The notes below the pieces were generated by a model. It saw only the letters and a list, made by a program, of their open reading frames with translations, ran no database searches and had not been told where the DNA came from. A program made the position numbers and the translations under genes. A stretch of DNA of 64,000 nucleotides from Pristiophorus japonicus (taxonomy: Eukaryota), in contig NC_091980.1 of NCBI RefSeq assembly GCF_044704955.1, forward strand, positions 133,176,001 through 133,240,000. Direction: 5' to 3'. Below, piece after piece: positions 1 to 13,102 of this stretch (its first letter is position 1; every line of letters begins with the position of its first letter).

Positions 1-11
1 AAGTCACACAA
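1..11 (-). CDS. fth1: Ferritin copy 1, start of exon 4 (continues off the window)
   Basis: TTTCAG acceptor then TTG TGT GAC TT (LCDF), identical to the start of copy 3 exon 4. Confidence 0.8.
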
Positions 12-354
12 CTGAAAGAGGGAAACTAGTTATGTCCAGCAGCAGATTTCAAGGAATGTCAGCTTCTGCTTGAGAATTTAGATTTGAATCCTCTTGAACT
101 GGAGGATAGTCAAGTGGTGCAATTGAGATTGATGGAATTACTGCATCATTAGATTAAACTTACTGCACAATAGGTGCTCAGATCCCAGGACACATTTACT
201 AGTCTGTCTACAGTAAGTCAACTTACCCCATCACTTCCCAAAATAAAAACAAAGACACCAATACAAAGCTTTTGGGCATGGAGATCGTTATAATTAGGCT
301 CAGGAAAACAAGGATCCACAATCTCAACCCACATTAAATTCATTAAAAACTCAC

Positions 355-480
355 ATGAGGGTCTGTCCTCTCAGTGGAGAGTTTGTGGAGATCCAGCAGA
401 CTCTGGTTCACATTCTTCTCCATCTGCAGAGCTCTCTGCATCGCCTCCAGACCATTGCTCCACTCATCCTGCTCTGGTTT
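355..480 (-). CDS. fth1: Ferritin copy 1, exon 3
   Basis: AG/GT-bounded 126 nt: [42 protein letters not shown]. Confidence 0.93.
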
Positions 481-881
481 CTGGAAAGGAAATTCAAACA
501 TTTAGTTTACAATGGATTAAATAAATATTTGAAGGAAATTAGGGGTGCAATCAAAAGTCTACTTTACCATGAACCTATGTGAGAAATTAAAATTGCCATT
601 AAGCTATCGCAACCATGGGGTCATATTGATGAGGAAAATAGCATAGATGTACTCAGCGGGAAGCTAGGCAATTGCATGGGGAGAAAGGAATAGAATGATA
701 TGCTGACAGGGTGAGATGAAGCAAGGTGGGAGGAGGCTCGTGTGGAATATGAAAACCGGCAAAGACCATTTTGGCTGAATGACCAGTGTCCTGCAAATTG
801 AAAATAATTGCTTTAGAATGTACTGGGAACATTCAGTCTAAGGGGAGCCAGACAAAAGGCCACTCCTTTATTGAATCCAAC

Positions 882-1028
882 CTTGATGTCCGCCAAGATG
901 ATCCGTCCTCCACGCCGATTCTGGAATTTCATCAGTTTCTCAGCATGCTCACATTCCTCATGTGACTGCTCCTTGAAGAACTCAGCAAAGTGACGCAAGG
1001 CAACATCATCCCGGTCAAAGTAGAAAGA
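882..1028 (-). CDS. fth1: Ferritin copy 1, exon 2
   Basis: AG/GT-bounded 147 nt: [49 protein letters not shown] (E61/E62/H65 equivalents present). Confidence 0.93.
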
Positions 1029-1570
1029 CTACAGTGGGATCAGAAGAATAGTTGGTATTGAATGGCAGACACATTCTTGTAAATTACATCAATTCAATCT
1101 CAATATTTCACTTTTGTTCAAGGGTTAAGTCTCACTGAACTTATATGTACATGGACATGGAAACAATCTTGATACCCTTACCCAATAAAAAACCTGGGCC
1201 CTACATCAATGTGTTTTTGGGGGTCTGTAGGAGGATGGGAAAATAAGTATTTCCAGATTTCCACCACACTTGCAGGATAGACTATTTCCTGACTTTCCAT
1301 CTAAATGTCCTAGCTCTAATTTTAAGATAATATCCCCTTATTGCAAAGGCATTGTAGGGCAAGTTATTGAAGTGATTTAGAATGAGAATATGAACTCTGA
1401 ATTCCATGCATTGAGTGCAGAATGTATTCCAAAGAAACTTTAACAAGCTCAAAAGAGCCCAGGAAAGGGAGTCATTTAGATTAAAGATACTCAGAATAGG
1501 TGGGCTAGATACAGCACAGAATTCAGTAAATTCACATTACATAGTCTCCACTGTGAAGCAGTCAACTCAC

Positions 1571-1672
1571 CATAGAGAGATAAACATAAGAGGAATAGAG
1601 CTCCATGTTAATCTGCTTGTTGACAGCATCCTCACAGTCCTGGTGGTAGTTCTGACACACTTGAGAAGCCAT
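1571..1672 (-). CDS. fth1: Ferritin heavy/M-type subunit, copy 1, exon 1
   Basis: Translates [34 protein letters not shown], then GTGAGT donor; includes ferroxidase residues equivalent to human FTH1 E27 and Y34. Confidence 0.93.
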
Positions 1673-1686
1673 TTTTTTTTTACAAA

Positions 1687-1850
1687 TCTAAACTTTGTTG
1701 AAGTAACAAACTGAGATTTTAGTAACCACAAAATCCTGTATTTATACTGAGGGATAATCCAGGGTGCGGCAACCTAGAGGATGAGTGACAGTCTTCAATA
1801 TCCAATCAGAAGTTGCAGCCTCTCAGAGCACCAATCAAGTAATGGGAGGA
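1687..1850 (-). promoter_or_regulatory. Ferritin copy 1 promoter/5'UTR: TATA box (1739-1746), CCAAT-type boxes, degenerate IRE (1687-1705)
   Basis: TATAAATA about 67 nt upstream of the ATG; CCAAT at ~1802 and ~1831; all conserved in the three copies. Confidence 0.7.
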
Positions 1851-2212
1851 GGGTATATGGACTCCCAAAGCCAGTCAGATCTTTGAAGAATGAGCATCAT
1901 TGGCTGACAACTCAATGAGGATTTCAATTGTCCTAATTTTCCTCCACACAGTTCAAGTATCCAGAATCACAGGTTTAAATGAATCCTCTACTCTTTCGGC
2001 TAATCAATTGGGAAAAACTTATAAGTGCCCCTTTATGAGGGGGAATAAATTATAAGTTGTAAATCTGACAAAACTAACATAAAAACTTTTCAAATTATAA
2101 TTTATTTCCCTGTAACCATGCTGCACTCTAATCCCTCTGGTGCCCACCGGTCACGGAAAGCCTTAACCATACTGGCAGACTCCGCGTGCTCCCTCTCCAG
2201 GGACATAACATA

Positions 2213-2665
2213 ACAACATAAAAAATAAGAGCAGGAATAGGCCATTGGCCCCTCAAGCCTGCTCCACCATTGAATAAGATCATGGCTGATCTGATCTTGG
2301 GCTCAATTCCACTTCCCTACCCGCTCCCCATTACCCCTAACTCCTTTATCGTTCAAATATCTGTCTCCAACTTAAATATATTCAATGACACATCCTCCAC
2401 TGCTTTCTGCAGCAGAGAATTCCACAAATTTATGACGCTATGAGAGAAGAAATTCCGCCTCATCTCCATTTTAAATTGGCGACCCTTTTTTGTGAAACTA
2501 TGCCCCCTAGTTCTAGATTTCCCCACGAGTAGAAACATCCTCTCTGCATCTACCTTGTCAAGCCCCCTCAGTATCTTACATGTTTCAATAAGATCACCTC
2601 TCATTCTTCTAAACTCAGTATGGGCCCAACCTGCTCAACCTTTCTTCATAAGTCAACCCCTTCAT
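2213..2665 (-). mobile_element. CR1 LINE 3' fragment (predates the unit duplication)
   Basis: RT C-terminus MRGDLIET...RTRGH; same fragment at the paralogous site 23080-23539. Confidence 0.85.
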
Positions 2666-4040
2666 GCTTGAAACTATCATTAAGGAAGAAATAGCGGGAC
2701 ATCTAGATAGGAATAGTGCAATCAAGCAGATGCAGCATGGATTCATGAAGGGGAAATCATGTTTAACTAATTTACTAGAATTCTTTGAGGATATAACGAG
2801 CATGGTAGATAGAGGTGTACCGATGGATGTGGTGTATTTAGATTTCCAAAAGGCATTCGATAAGGTGCCACACAAAAGGTTACTGCAGAAGATAGAGGTA
2901 CGCGGAGTCAGAGGAAATGTATTAGCATGTTTAGAGAATTGGGTGGCGAACAGAAAGCAGAGAGTCGGGATAAATGGGTCCATTTCGGGTTGGAAATCGG
3001 TGGTTAGTGGTGTACCACAGGGATCGGTGCTGGGACCACAACTGTTTACCATATACATAGATGACCTGGAAGAGGGGACAGAGTGTAGTGTAACAAAATT
3101 TGCAGATGACACCAAGATTAGTGTGAAAGCGGGTTGTGTAGAGGACACAGAGAGGCTGCAAAGAGATTTGGATAGGTTAAGCGAATGGGCGAAGATTTGG
3201 CAGATGGAATACAATGTCGGAAAGTGTGAGGTCGTCCACCTTGGGAAAAAAACAGTAAAAGGGAATATTATTTGAAAGGGGAGAAATTACAACATGCTGA
3301 GATGCAGAGGGACCTGGGGGTCCTTGTGCATGAATCCCAAAAAGTTAGTTTGCAGGTGCAGCAGGTAATCAGGAAGGCGAATGGAATGTTGGCCTTCATT
3401 GCGAGAGGGATGGAGTACAAAAGCAGGGAGGTCCTGCTGCAACTGTATAGGGTATTGGTAAGGCCGCACCTGGAGTACTGCATGCAGTTTTGGTCACCTT
3501 ACTTAAGGAAGGATATACTGGCTTTGGAGGGGGTACAGAGACGATTCACTAGGCTGATTCCGGAGATGAGGGGGTTACCTTATGATGATAGATTGAGTAG
3601 ACTGGGTCTTTACTCGTTGGAGTTCAGAAGGATGAGGGGTGATCTTATAGAAACATTTTAAATAATGAAAGGGATAGACAAGATAGAGGCAGAGAGGTTG
3701 TTTCCACTGGTAGGGGAGGCTAGAACTAGAGGGCACAGCCTCAAAATACGGGGGAGCCAATTTAAAACTGAGTTGAGAAGGAATTTCTTCTCCCAGAGGG
3801 TTGTGAATCTGTGGAATTCTCTGCCCAAGGAAGCAGTTGAGGCTAGCTCATTAAATGTATTCAAGTCACAGATAGATAGATTTTTAACCAATAAGGGAAT
3901 TAAGGGTTACGGGGAGAGGGCGGGTAAGTGGAGCTGAGTCCACGGCCAGATCAGCCATGATCTTATTGAATGGCGGAGCAGGCTCGAGGGGCTAGATGGC
4001 CTACTCCTGTTCCTAATTCTTATGTTCTTATGTTCTTATG
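2666..4040 (+). mobile_element. 5'-truncated, relatively young CR1 LINE
   Basis: RT motifs YLDFQKAFDKVPH, GVPQGSVLGP, KFADD; (TTCTTATG)n tail; TTCAT TSD at 2661-2665 and 4041-4045; empty site in unit 2 at ~23535. Confidence 0.93.
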
Positions 4041-5552
4041 TTCATCTGATCTCTGAGCTCAGAGTGAGGAATGCCTCCGTGTTCATCATGTTAAATTTGT
4101 ATAGAACCTTGGCTAGACAACACTTGGAGTGCTGTGCACAGTTCTGGTCACCACAGAATCATATAGAATCACAGAATAGTACAGCACACAAGGAGACCAT
4201 TCGGCCCATCGAGTCTGTGCCGGGTCATTCAAAGAGCAATCCAGTTAGTCCCACTCCGAGTTTCTTTCCCCAAAATCCGTGCAATTTTTTCCTCTTCAAC
4301 TATTTATCCATTTCCCTTTTGAAGGCTACAATTGAATCTGTTTCCACCACCCTATCAGGCTGTGCATTCCAAATCCTAACCATTCGTTGAGTTTAAAAGT
4401 TTTTTGTTATGTCGGCCTCTGGCTTTTTTGCTAAGCACATTAATTCTGTGCCCTCTGGTTCTTGACGCTTCAGCTGGCCAAATCCGGAAGGAATGGGCTG
4501 CCAGATTGGGCCTGCGACAGATGGTGAGAGAATCAACAGAAGGGAAAAACCTACATGACCTCGTCCTCACCAATCTACCTGTCACAGACACATCTGTCCA
4601 TGACAGCATTAGTAGCAGTGACCACCACACAGTCGTTGTGGAGAAGAAGTCCCAACTTCACATTGAAAATGTCCTCCATCATGTTGTGTGGCGCTACTAC
4701 CGTCCCAAATGGGATAGATTCAGAACAGATTTATCATCTCAAATCTGGGTATCCATGAGGTGCTGTGGGCCATCAGTAGCGGCAGAATTGTATTCCACCA
4801 CAATCTTTAACCTCATGGCCCGGTATAACCCTCACTCTAGCATTGCCATCAAGCCAAGGGACCAACCCTGGTCAATGAGGAGTGCAGAAGAGCATGCCAG
4901 GAACAGCATCAGGCATACCGAAAACTAAGGTGCCAACCTGGGGAAGCACCACAGGACTACATGCATGCTAAACAGCGGAAGCAGCATGATATAGACAGAG
5001 CAAAACAATCACACAATCAACGGATCAGATCAAAGGTCTGCAGACTGACCACATCTAGTTGTGAATGGTGGTGGACCATTAAACAAGTAACGGGAGGAAG
5101 AGGCTCCATGAACATCCCCATCCTCAATGATGGAGGAGCCCAGCTCGTCAGTGCAAAAGACAAGGCTGAAGCGTTTGCAACTATCTCTAGCCAGAAGTAC
5201 CTCATGCATGATCCATCTCAGCCCCCTCCTGAGGTCCCCACCATCACAGAAGCCAGTCTTCAGCTAATTCAATTCACTTCACATGATATCAAGAAACAGC
5301 TGAGCGCACTGGATACAGCAAAGACTATGGGACCCGTGCACTTCCTGGCTCTCGTGCAAAACATTTGTGCTCCAAAACTGCCCAGGTATATCCTGTCCAC
5401 AAAAAGCAGGACAAATCCAATCTGGACAATTACCACCCCATCAGTCTACTCCCAATCATCAGCAAAGTGATGGAAGGTGTTGTCGACAGTACTATCAAGT
5501 GGCACTTATTTACCAAGAAACTGCTCACCTGCAGACTGTGGACAGTTTGGGT

Positions 5553-5955
5553 TAGAAACATAGAAACATAGAAAATAGGTGCAGGAGTAGGCCATTCGGC
5601 CCTTCTAGCCTGCACCGCCATTCAATGAGTTCATGGCTGAACATTCAACTTCAGTACCCCATTCCTGCTTTCTCGCCATACCCCTTGATCCCCCTAGCAG
5701 TAAGGACCTCATCTAACTCCTTTTTGAATATATTTAGTGAATTGGCCTCAACAACTTTCTGTGGTAGAGAATTCCACAGGTTCACCACTCTCTGGGTGAA
5801 GAAGTTCCTCCGCATCTCGGTCCTAAATGGCTTACCCCTTATCCTTAGACTGTGACCCCTGGTTCTGGACTTCCCCAACATTGGGAACATTCTTCCTGCA
5901 TCTAACCTGTCTAACCCCGTCAGAATTTTATATGTTTCTATGAGGTCCCCTCTCA
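5553..5955 (-). mobile_element. CR1 3' fragment nested in the LINE
   Basis: RGDLIETYKIL...GYGEKAG and (TAGAAACA)n tail; absent at the paralogous site ~30880. Confidence 0.88.
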
Positions 5956-7058
5956 GCCAGGAACACTCGGCTCCAGACCTCCTTACAGCTTGGTCCAAAT
6001 AGGGACAAAAGAGCTGCATTACAGAGGTAAGGTGAGAGTGACTGTCTTTGACATCAAAACAGCATTTGACCGAGTGTGGCATCAAGGAGCCCTCGTAGAA
6101 CTGATGTCAAAGGGAATCAGGTGGGAAACTGCCCTCTAGCTGGAGTCATACCTTGCACAGGAAAATGGTTGTGGTTGTTGGAGGTCACTCAGCTCAGCCC
6201 AGGAGTTGCTCAGGGCTGTGTCCTAGGCCCAACCATCTTCAGCTGCTTCATCAATGAGCTTTCCTGCATCATAAAGTCAGAAGTGGGGATGTTCTCTGAT
6301 GATTGCAGTGTTCAGTTCGATTTGCAACTCCTCAGAAAATGAAGCACTCTATGCCCGCATGCAGCAAGACCTGAACAACATTTGCACCACACAAGTTCCA
6401 GGCAATGACTATCTCCAACAAGCGAGAGTCGAACCACCTGCCCTTGACATTCAACAGCATTACCATCGCTGATTCCCCCACCATCAACACCTGGGGGTCA
6501 CCATTGACCAGAACTTTAACTGGTCCAGCTACATAAATGCAGTGGTAACAAAAGTGGGGGAGAGGCTGGGTATTCTGTGGCTTATGTCTCACCTCCTGAC
6601 TCCCCAAAGCCTTTCCACCATCTACAAAGCACAAGTCAAGACTGTGATGGAATACTCTCCACTTGCCTGGATCAGTGCAGCTCCAACAACCCTCGAGTAG
6701 CTTGACACCAGCACAGACAAAGCAGCCCGCTTGATGGGCACCCCATCCACCACCTTCCACATTCACTGCCTCCACCACTGACGCAACATGGCTGCAGTGT
6801 GTAACGTCTACAAGATGCATTGCAGCAACTCGTCAAGGTTTTTCAGCAGCACCCTGCCAACCTATGAGCTCTACCAACTAGAAGGACACAGGCAACAGGC
6901 ACATGGGAACACCACAACCTGCAAGTTCCCCTCCAAGCTACACACCATCCTGACTTGGAAATATATCGCCATCCCTTCATCGTCGCTGTGTCAAAGTCAT
7001 GCAACTCCCTCCCTAACAGTACTGTGGGAGTACCTTCACCACAAGGACTGCAGCGGTT

Positions 7059-10000
7059 TGTAATGTCCTTATTCTACAGCATGGAACCACACAAGGCACA
7101 TTCCAGGGACAAGGCCACTCAATGAACTTAACTCTTTATTCAGCACTCCAGAAGTGATGACCCTGCGTGGGACCTCCCTTTAAATACCTGAGTGATCAGG
7201 TAAGGAGTGTCTCCCACAAGTTCACCCCCTGTGGTCAAGGTGTGAATGTATGTTGAGTGTATTCAGTAATACAGTGGTGTTACATTGTAGTTACAAACAT
7301 GACATCACCTTCACCCCCCCCCATCCCCGAATGTCTTATTGGGATCATAGGTTTAGTCTTTCAGGTGGTCTACGCTCCCTCGTGGAGCGCCGCAGTTGGG
7401 GCTCTGGTTGTTGGACACTGACGTAAGTATCTGTCACCTGTGGTGATTCTAACCTGTCCGGGCTGACCGCAGGGACTGTACATTCCTCTGATTGCTTTTG
7501 TTACATGTTCACTGGCGGTAGTGTGAGCTCCATCTCATGGTCTTCTTCAGGTTCCTCCGTGTCCATGCTGAACATTTTTTTTACTTGGTCCAGATGCTTT
7601 CGGCATATCTGGCCATTGTTGAGTTTTACCACAATGACCCTATTCCCTTCTTTGTCAATTACGGTACCCTTGAGCCATTTGGGCTGCATCGCATGATTGA
7701 GGACGAATAGAGGATCATTTATTTCTATACATCTGCCCCTCGATTTACGGTCATGGTACTCGTTTTGTGCCTTACGCTTGTCCTCAACTATGTCGGTCAG
7801 AACTGGGTGGATGAGGGACAACCGAGTTTTGAGTGTCCGTTTCATGAGTAGTTCTGTGGGCGGGACCCCCTTGAGCGAGTGCGGACGGGACCTATAGGCC
7901 AGCAGGAGGTGCGATAGGTTGGCATTGTAGGGAGGGTCCTTGAATCCTGAGCATCCCTTGCTTAGCGATTTGGACTGCACATTCCGCCTGGCCATTGGAG
8001 GCTGACTAGAACGGTGCAGTCTTGACATGGTTGATGCCATTGCCCGAAATAAACTCCCGGAATTCATAGCTCGTGAAACACGGGCCATTATCACTAACCA
8101 GGATGTCCGGCAAGCCATGGGTAGCGAAGATCGCACGTAGGTTTTCCACAGTGGTGGATGACGTGCAAGAATTCAGGATGATGCACTCGATGCATTTGAG
8201 TACGCATCTACAATGATAAGGAACATCTTCCCCATGAACGGGCCCGCGTAGTCAACGTGAATGCGTGACCCTGGCTTGGTGGGCCAGGGGCTGAGCGGGG
8301 TCTCCCTGGGGGCATTACTCAGCTGGGTACATGTCGTGCACCTGCGAACACAGTATTCCAGTTCTGAGTCAATTCCGGGCCACCAAGCGTGTGACCAGGC
8401 AATGGCCTTCATCATCACAATGCCTGGGTGCTTGCTGTGGAGTTCCCTGTTGAACGCCTCCCTGCCCTTCTTGGGTATGACTACCCGGCTGCCCCATAGT
8501 AGGCAGTCAGCTTGGATGAAGAGCTCATCTATCCATCTGTGGAATGGTCTGACCACCTCAGGGCATGCTTTGTGTGCGGGCGCCCAATCCCCAGTCAGGA
8601 CATATTTCTTAATCATGGATAGGAGGAGATCCCTGTTTGTCCAGATTTTGATCTGATGGGCTGTGATAGGGGAGCCTGCACTGTCGAAGGCATCGACAGC
8701 CATGACCATCTCAGCGCTTTGTGCAGCTGCCCCCTCAGTGGTGGCCAGTGGGAGCCTGCTAATCGCGTCAGCGCAATTTTCAGTGCCGGGCTGGTGCCGG
8801 ATGGAGTAGTCATAGGCCGCTAGCGTGAGAGCCCATCGCTGTATGCGAGCTGATGCGTTGGCATTGACAGCCTTGCTGTCTGACAACAGGGATGTGAGCG
8901 GCTTATTGTCCGTCTCTAATTCAAACTTCCTTCCAAAGAGGTACTGATGCATTTTCTTTACACCATAGACACATGCAAGCGCTTCCTTCTCAACCATCCC
9001 ATAGCCCCGTTCTGCTTGAGAGAGCAACCTGGAGGCATAATCCACAGATTGTAGCTGACCATCAGCATTACCCTGCTGCAACACGCACCCAACCCCATAG
9101 GACGATGCATCACATGTCAGAACGAAACTTTTGCAAGGGTCGTACAGGGTCAACAGTTTGTTTGAACACAGTAGTTTTCGCGCCCGATCAAAAGCCCGTT
9201 CCTGACAGTCCCCCCAAAACCAATCACAACCCTTACGCAGGAGCATGTGTAGCGGCTCCAATAACGTGCTCAAGTTCAGCAGAAAATTCCCGAAATAGTT
9301 CAACAGTCCCAGGAATGAACGCAGCTCCGATGTGTTGCAGGGCCTGGGTGCTCATCGAATCGCCTCTGTTTTGGATTCGGTGGGCCAAATCCCATCTGCA
9401 GCAACCCTCCTGCCCAGAAACTCAACCTCGGGAGCTAAGAACATGCATTTAGGCATATTGAGTCGCAGGCCTACCTGATCCAGTCGGCGTAGCACCTCCT
9501 CCAAGTTGTGGAGGTGTTCCTCGGTGTCTCGACCCATGATGAGGATGTCGTCCTGGAATACGATCGTTCCAGGAATGGATTTAAGCAGGCTTTCCAAGTT
9601 GCGTTGAAAAATCGCGGCCGCTGATCGAATGCCAAACGGGCACCTATCATACGCAAACAGTCCCTTGTACGTGGTGATGGTGGTCAGTAGTTTAGATTCG
9701 TCGGCCAGTTCCTGGGTCATATAGGCCGAAGTGTGGTCCAACTTGGTGAACAGCTTGTCGCCTGCCAACGTGGCGAAGAGGTCCTCCGCTCTTGGGAGAG
9801 GGTATTGGTCTTGTAAGGACACCCGATTGATGGTGGCCTTGTAGTTGCCACAGATCCTGGCAGAGCCATCCGCTTTAAGAACGGGGACGATGGGGCTTGC
9901 CCAGTCACTGAATTCAACAGGCGAGACGATGCCCTCTCGCAATAGCCGGTCCAATTCGCTCTCGATTTTCTCTTGCATCTCGTACGGCACCGCTCTGGCT

Positions 10001-11811
10001 TTGTGGTGCACTGGCCTGGCATCCGGGGTGATGTGTATTTCTACTTTAGTGCCTTTGAACGTCCCGACGCCCGGTTGGAAAAGTGACTCAAATTGTTGTC
10101 GAACTTGCGAGGATGAACTTCGCCCCACCAAGGACATTGCGTGAACATCCCCCCATTTCCAGTTCATCTCGGCTAGCCAGCTCCTCCCCAACAGTGCAGG
10201 ACCATTGCCCGGGACAATCCAGAGCAGCAGCCGGTTCACTAAGCCATCGTGCGTGACAGCCAACATTGCACTGCCTAGCACCAGAATGATTTCTTTGGTG
10301 TAAGTCCTTAGTTGTGTCTCAATACATGCTAATTTGCGTCTACTAGCTTTGTGTGGCCATAGCTTCTCGAATTGTTGAACGCCCATGAGTGACTGGCTAG
10401 CCCCCGTGTCCAGCTTCATTCGTACTGGGATACCGTTCAATAAAACCCTCAGCATCATTGGTGACGTTTTGGTGTATGCACTGTGAATATTCGCCACATG
10501 GACCCGCTGAACCTCGGCATCCATCGATTTGCCTCAAAAGTCATCCTGCCTCACAGAATCCTCTTCTCGTCCACCTGCCTCATATATCTGTTTGGTTGCA
10601 GGCTTTCTGCACATATGAGCTAAATGGCCACTGAGGTTGCAGTTTCTGCAGACAAACTGTTGGAATCTGCAAGATCTGGCTGAGTGTTTCTCCCCACACT
10701 TCCAGCACAAGTTAAAGTTTCCATTGTTGGGGACAAAAGGGCTGTGGCCAGGAATTCTGCGCTGACTGTCCCTCTGACTGCTCTTAAGTACCCTATTAGT
10801 AATGTTAATGGCCCCATCATAGGCCGCATTGTCCACTGTGATGGCGTGAACATATGTTCAGCCTGCCATTGTCTCTGCTGAGGTCCTACTCTGGGGTCTT
10901 TCACTGCCTGATGAATGTCGGTCTGCTCCTGCCTGCCCGCAGGGCTCTGAGTAGCATTGAGGATGTTGACTCCCTGATCCATTACCGCATTGGAGGCAGA
11001 ATTGCGCGCGTAAATCATTTTCGTCTCTCCCTCCACCCCCCGCCATGAAAGTCTGAGCCACCAACGCCGCCGTTTCCAAGGTCAAGTCCTTGATCTCAAT
11101 TAACTTGCGAAAAATCCCCACATGACCGATACCATCGATAAAGAAGTCCCTTAGCATCTCCCCCCTGCAGGCGTCTGTGAATTTACAGAGGCAGGCCAAG
11201 CGCCTGAGGTCCGCTACAAAGTCTGATATGCTCTGCCCTTCACGACGTCGGTGGGTGTAGCATCTGTATCGAGCCATGTGTATGCTGCTCGCTGGCTTAA
11301 GGTGCTCCCCAATCAACTTGCTAAGCTCTTAAAACGTATTGTCCAACGGCTTTTCGGGTGCCAGTAAGTCCTTCATGAGCGCATAAGTCTTTGGTCCGCA
11401 GCTGGTCAAAAGATGAGCCCGACGCTTATTGGCCGCTGCATCCGTGACAAAGCTCTGCTGAAGCCTCTGAACAAAATCGTCCCAGTCTTCCCCAACACAG
11501 TACCATTCATCTGTGCTACCGGTGGCCATTCTCGTGGGTCGTGAATTCCCGTTTCTCGTCGCCAATGTAATGTCCTTACTCTACAGCATGAAAGCACATG
11601 AGGCACATTCTAGGACCAAGGCCACTCAGTCACCTTAACTCTTTATTCAGCACTCCAGAAGTGATGACCCTATGTGGGACCTCCCTTTAAATACCTGAGT
11701 GATCAGGTAAGGAGTGTCTCCCAAAAGTTCACCCCCTGTGGTCAGGGTGTGCATCTGTGTTGAGTGTATACAGTAATACAGTGGTGTTATATTCTAGTTA
11801 CAAACATGACA
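7059..11811 (-). mobile_element. Ty3/Gypsy LTR retrotransposon A (Mag-like), degenerate full length
   Basis: 246-bp TG...CA LTRs at 7059-7304 and 11566-11811; TSD CGGTT/CAGTT; PBS TGGCGACGAG; PPT; gag with Cys knuckles, PR LDTGA, RT FQDD, RNase H CDAS, integrase fragments. Confidence 0.95.
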
Positions 11812-12397
11812 CAGTTCCAGAAAGCGGCTCACCACCACCTTCTCAAGGGCAATTAGTGATGGGCAATAAATGCTGGCCTTGCCAGTGGTGCCCACATTCC
11901 GCAACAAATAAAAACGACATTAACATGGAAAGACTAAAGGAAACAATTTAATTGCACCCAGTGCAGTTCTCAGCAAAGTCCTTAATTAACTTGTAAACAC
12001 TGGATCATTGCAGCTCCAGCATCAATGGACAAGAAGTGGACAAATGGAGATCCAGTAGGATTTGGAAATGATGATTGCTATTTGTATGAAATGCACAACG
12101 GAACAAAATACAAATGGATATATTTATGAAGGAGCTGCTGTTATTAGGTGATAAATTGGTGGAAAAGGCATGGAGAGTGTACATGGGGAGGGGAAGAGTT
12201 TCAGGAGAAGTATCTATTTAACTAGGGAGTTTTCATTTATGCATTTAATGAAATACATTTTCTCATTCCAGGAGGATTATACTTTGTTGGAGTACAGTCC
12301 CACATGTATTCTTTGCCCAATTCCTTATTCATGTGGGAGTCGAGTCAGTGAGTGTTGGCAAGTTGGTCCCAGAACCAAACCCAATCGTGTATCCTAT

Positions 12398-13102
12398 GTG
12401 TGGTACAATAGAATACTGGTTATGTTACTGGAAAATCCAGAGGCCTGGACTAATGATCCAGAGGCAAAATCCCAGCACAGCAGCTGGGGAATTTAAATTC
12501 AGTTAATCAATTAAATACATCTGGAATAAAAAGCTCGTCCTGGTGATCATGAAACTACTGGATTGTCATAAAAGCCCATCTGGTTCACTAATCTCCTTTA
12601 GGGAAGGAAATAAGAACATTAAGAACATAAGAAATAGGAGCAGGAGTAGGCCATATGGCCCCTCGAGCCTGCTCTGCCATTTAATACAATCATGGCTAAT
12701 CCGATCATGGACTCAGGTCCACTTCCCTGCCCACTCCCCATAACCCGTTATTCCCTTATCAGTTAAGAAACTGTCTGTTTCTGTCTTAAATTTATTCAAT
12801 GACTCAGCTTCCACAGCTCTTTGAGGCAGCAAATTCTACAGATTTATAACCCTCTGAGAGAAGAAATTCCTCCTCATCTCAGTTTTAAATGGGCAGCCCA
12901 TTATTTTAAGATTTGCCCCCTTACCCAGGTGTAATCTGCCGTCCTTACCCGGTCTGGCCTATATTTGTCTCCAGGCCCACAGCAATGTGGTTCACTCTTA
13001 ACTGGCCTCTGAAATGGCCCACTGAAATGGCCCAGCAAGGCACTCAGTGCTACAAGGCTTTTCACCTTCAAGGGCAATTAAAGATGGGCAATAAATGCTG
13101 GC
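12398..13102 (+). mobile_element. tRNA-headed SINE with a LINE-derived tail, containing a nested minus-strand CR1 3' fragment (~12611-12915)
   Basis: Degenerate pol III-like head and tail CAAGGGCAATTA...GGGCAATAAATGCTGG; paralogues at ~32560-33210 and ~61270-61955. Confidence 0.6.

Larger units (their letters stand above)
4473..11912 (+). mobile_element. Degenerate CR1/L2-group non-LTR retrotransposon (EN end plus RT), interrupted by a CR1 fragment and a Gypsy element
   Basis: NYHPISLLPIISKVME, GVAQGCVLGPTIF, MFSDD; 3' end AAGGGCAATTAG...CAATAAATGCTGGCC at ~11845-11880; paralogue at 24740-32057. Confidence 0.8.

Noticed and set aside
1415-1714. Plus-strand ORFs over ferritin exons (also 355-582, 21582-21804, 48147-48338, 49017-49271)
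   Set aside because: Antisense shadows of the ferritin exons; no independent evidence.
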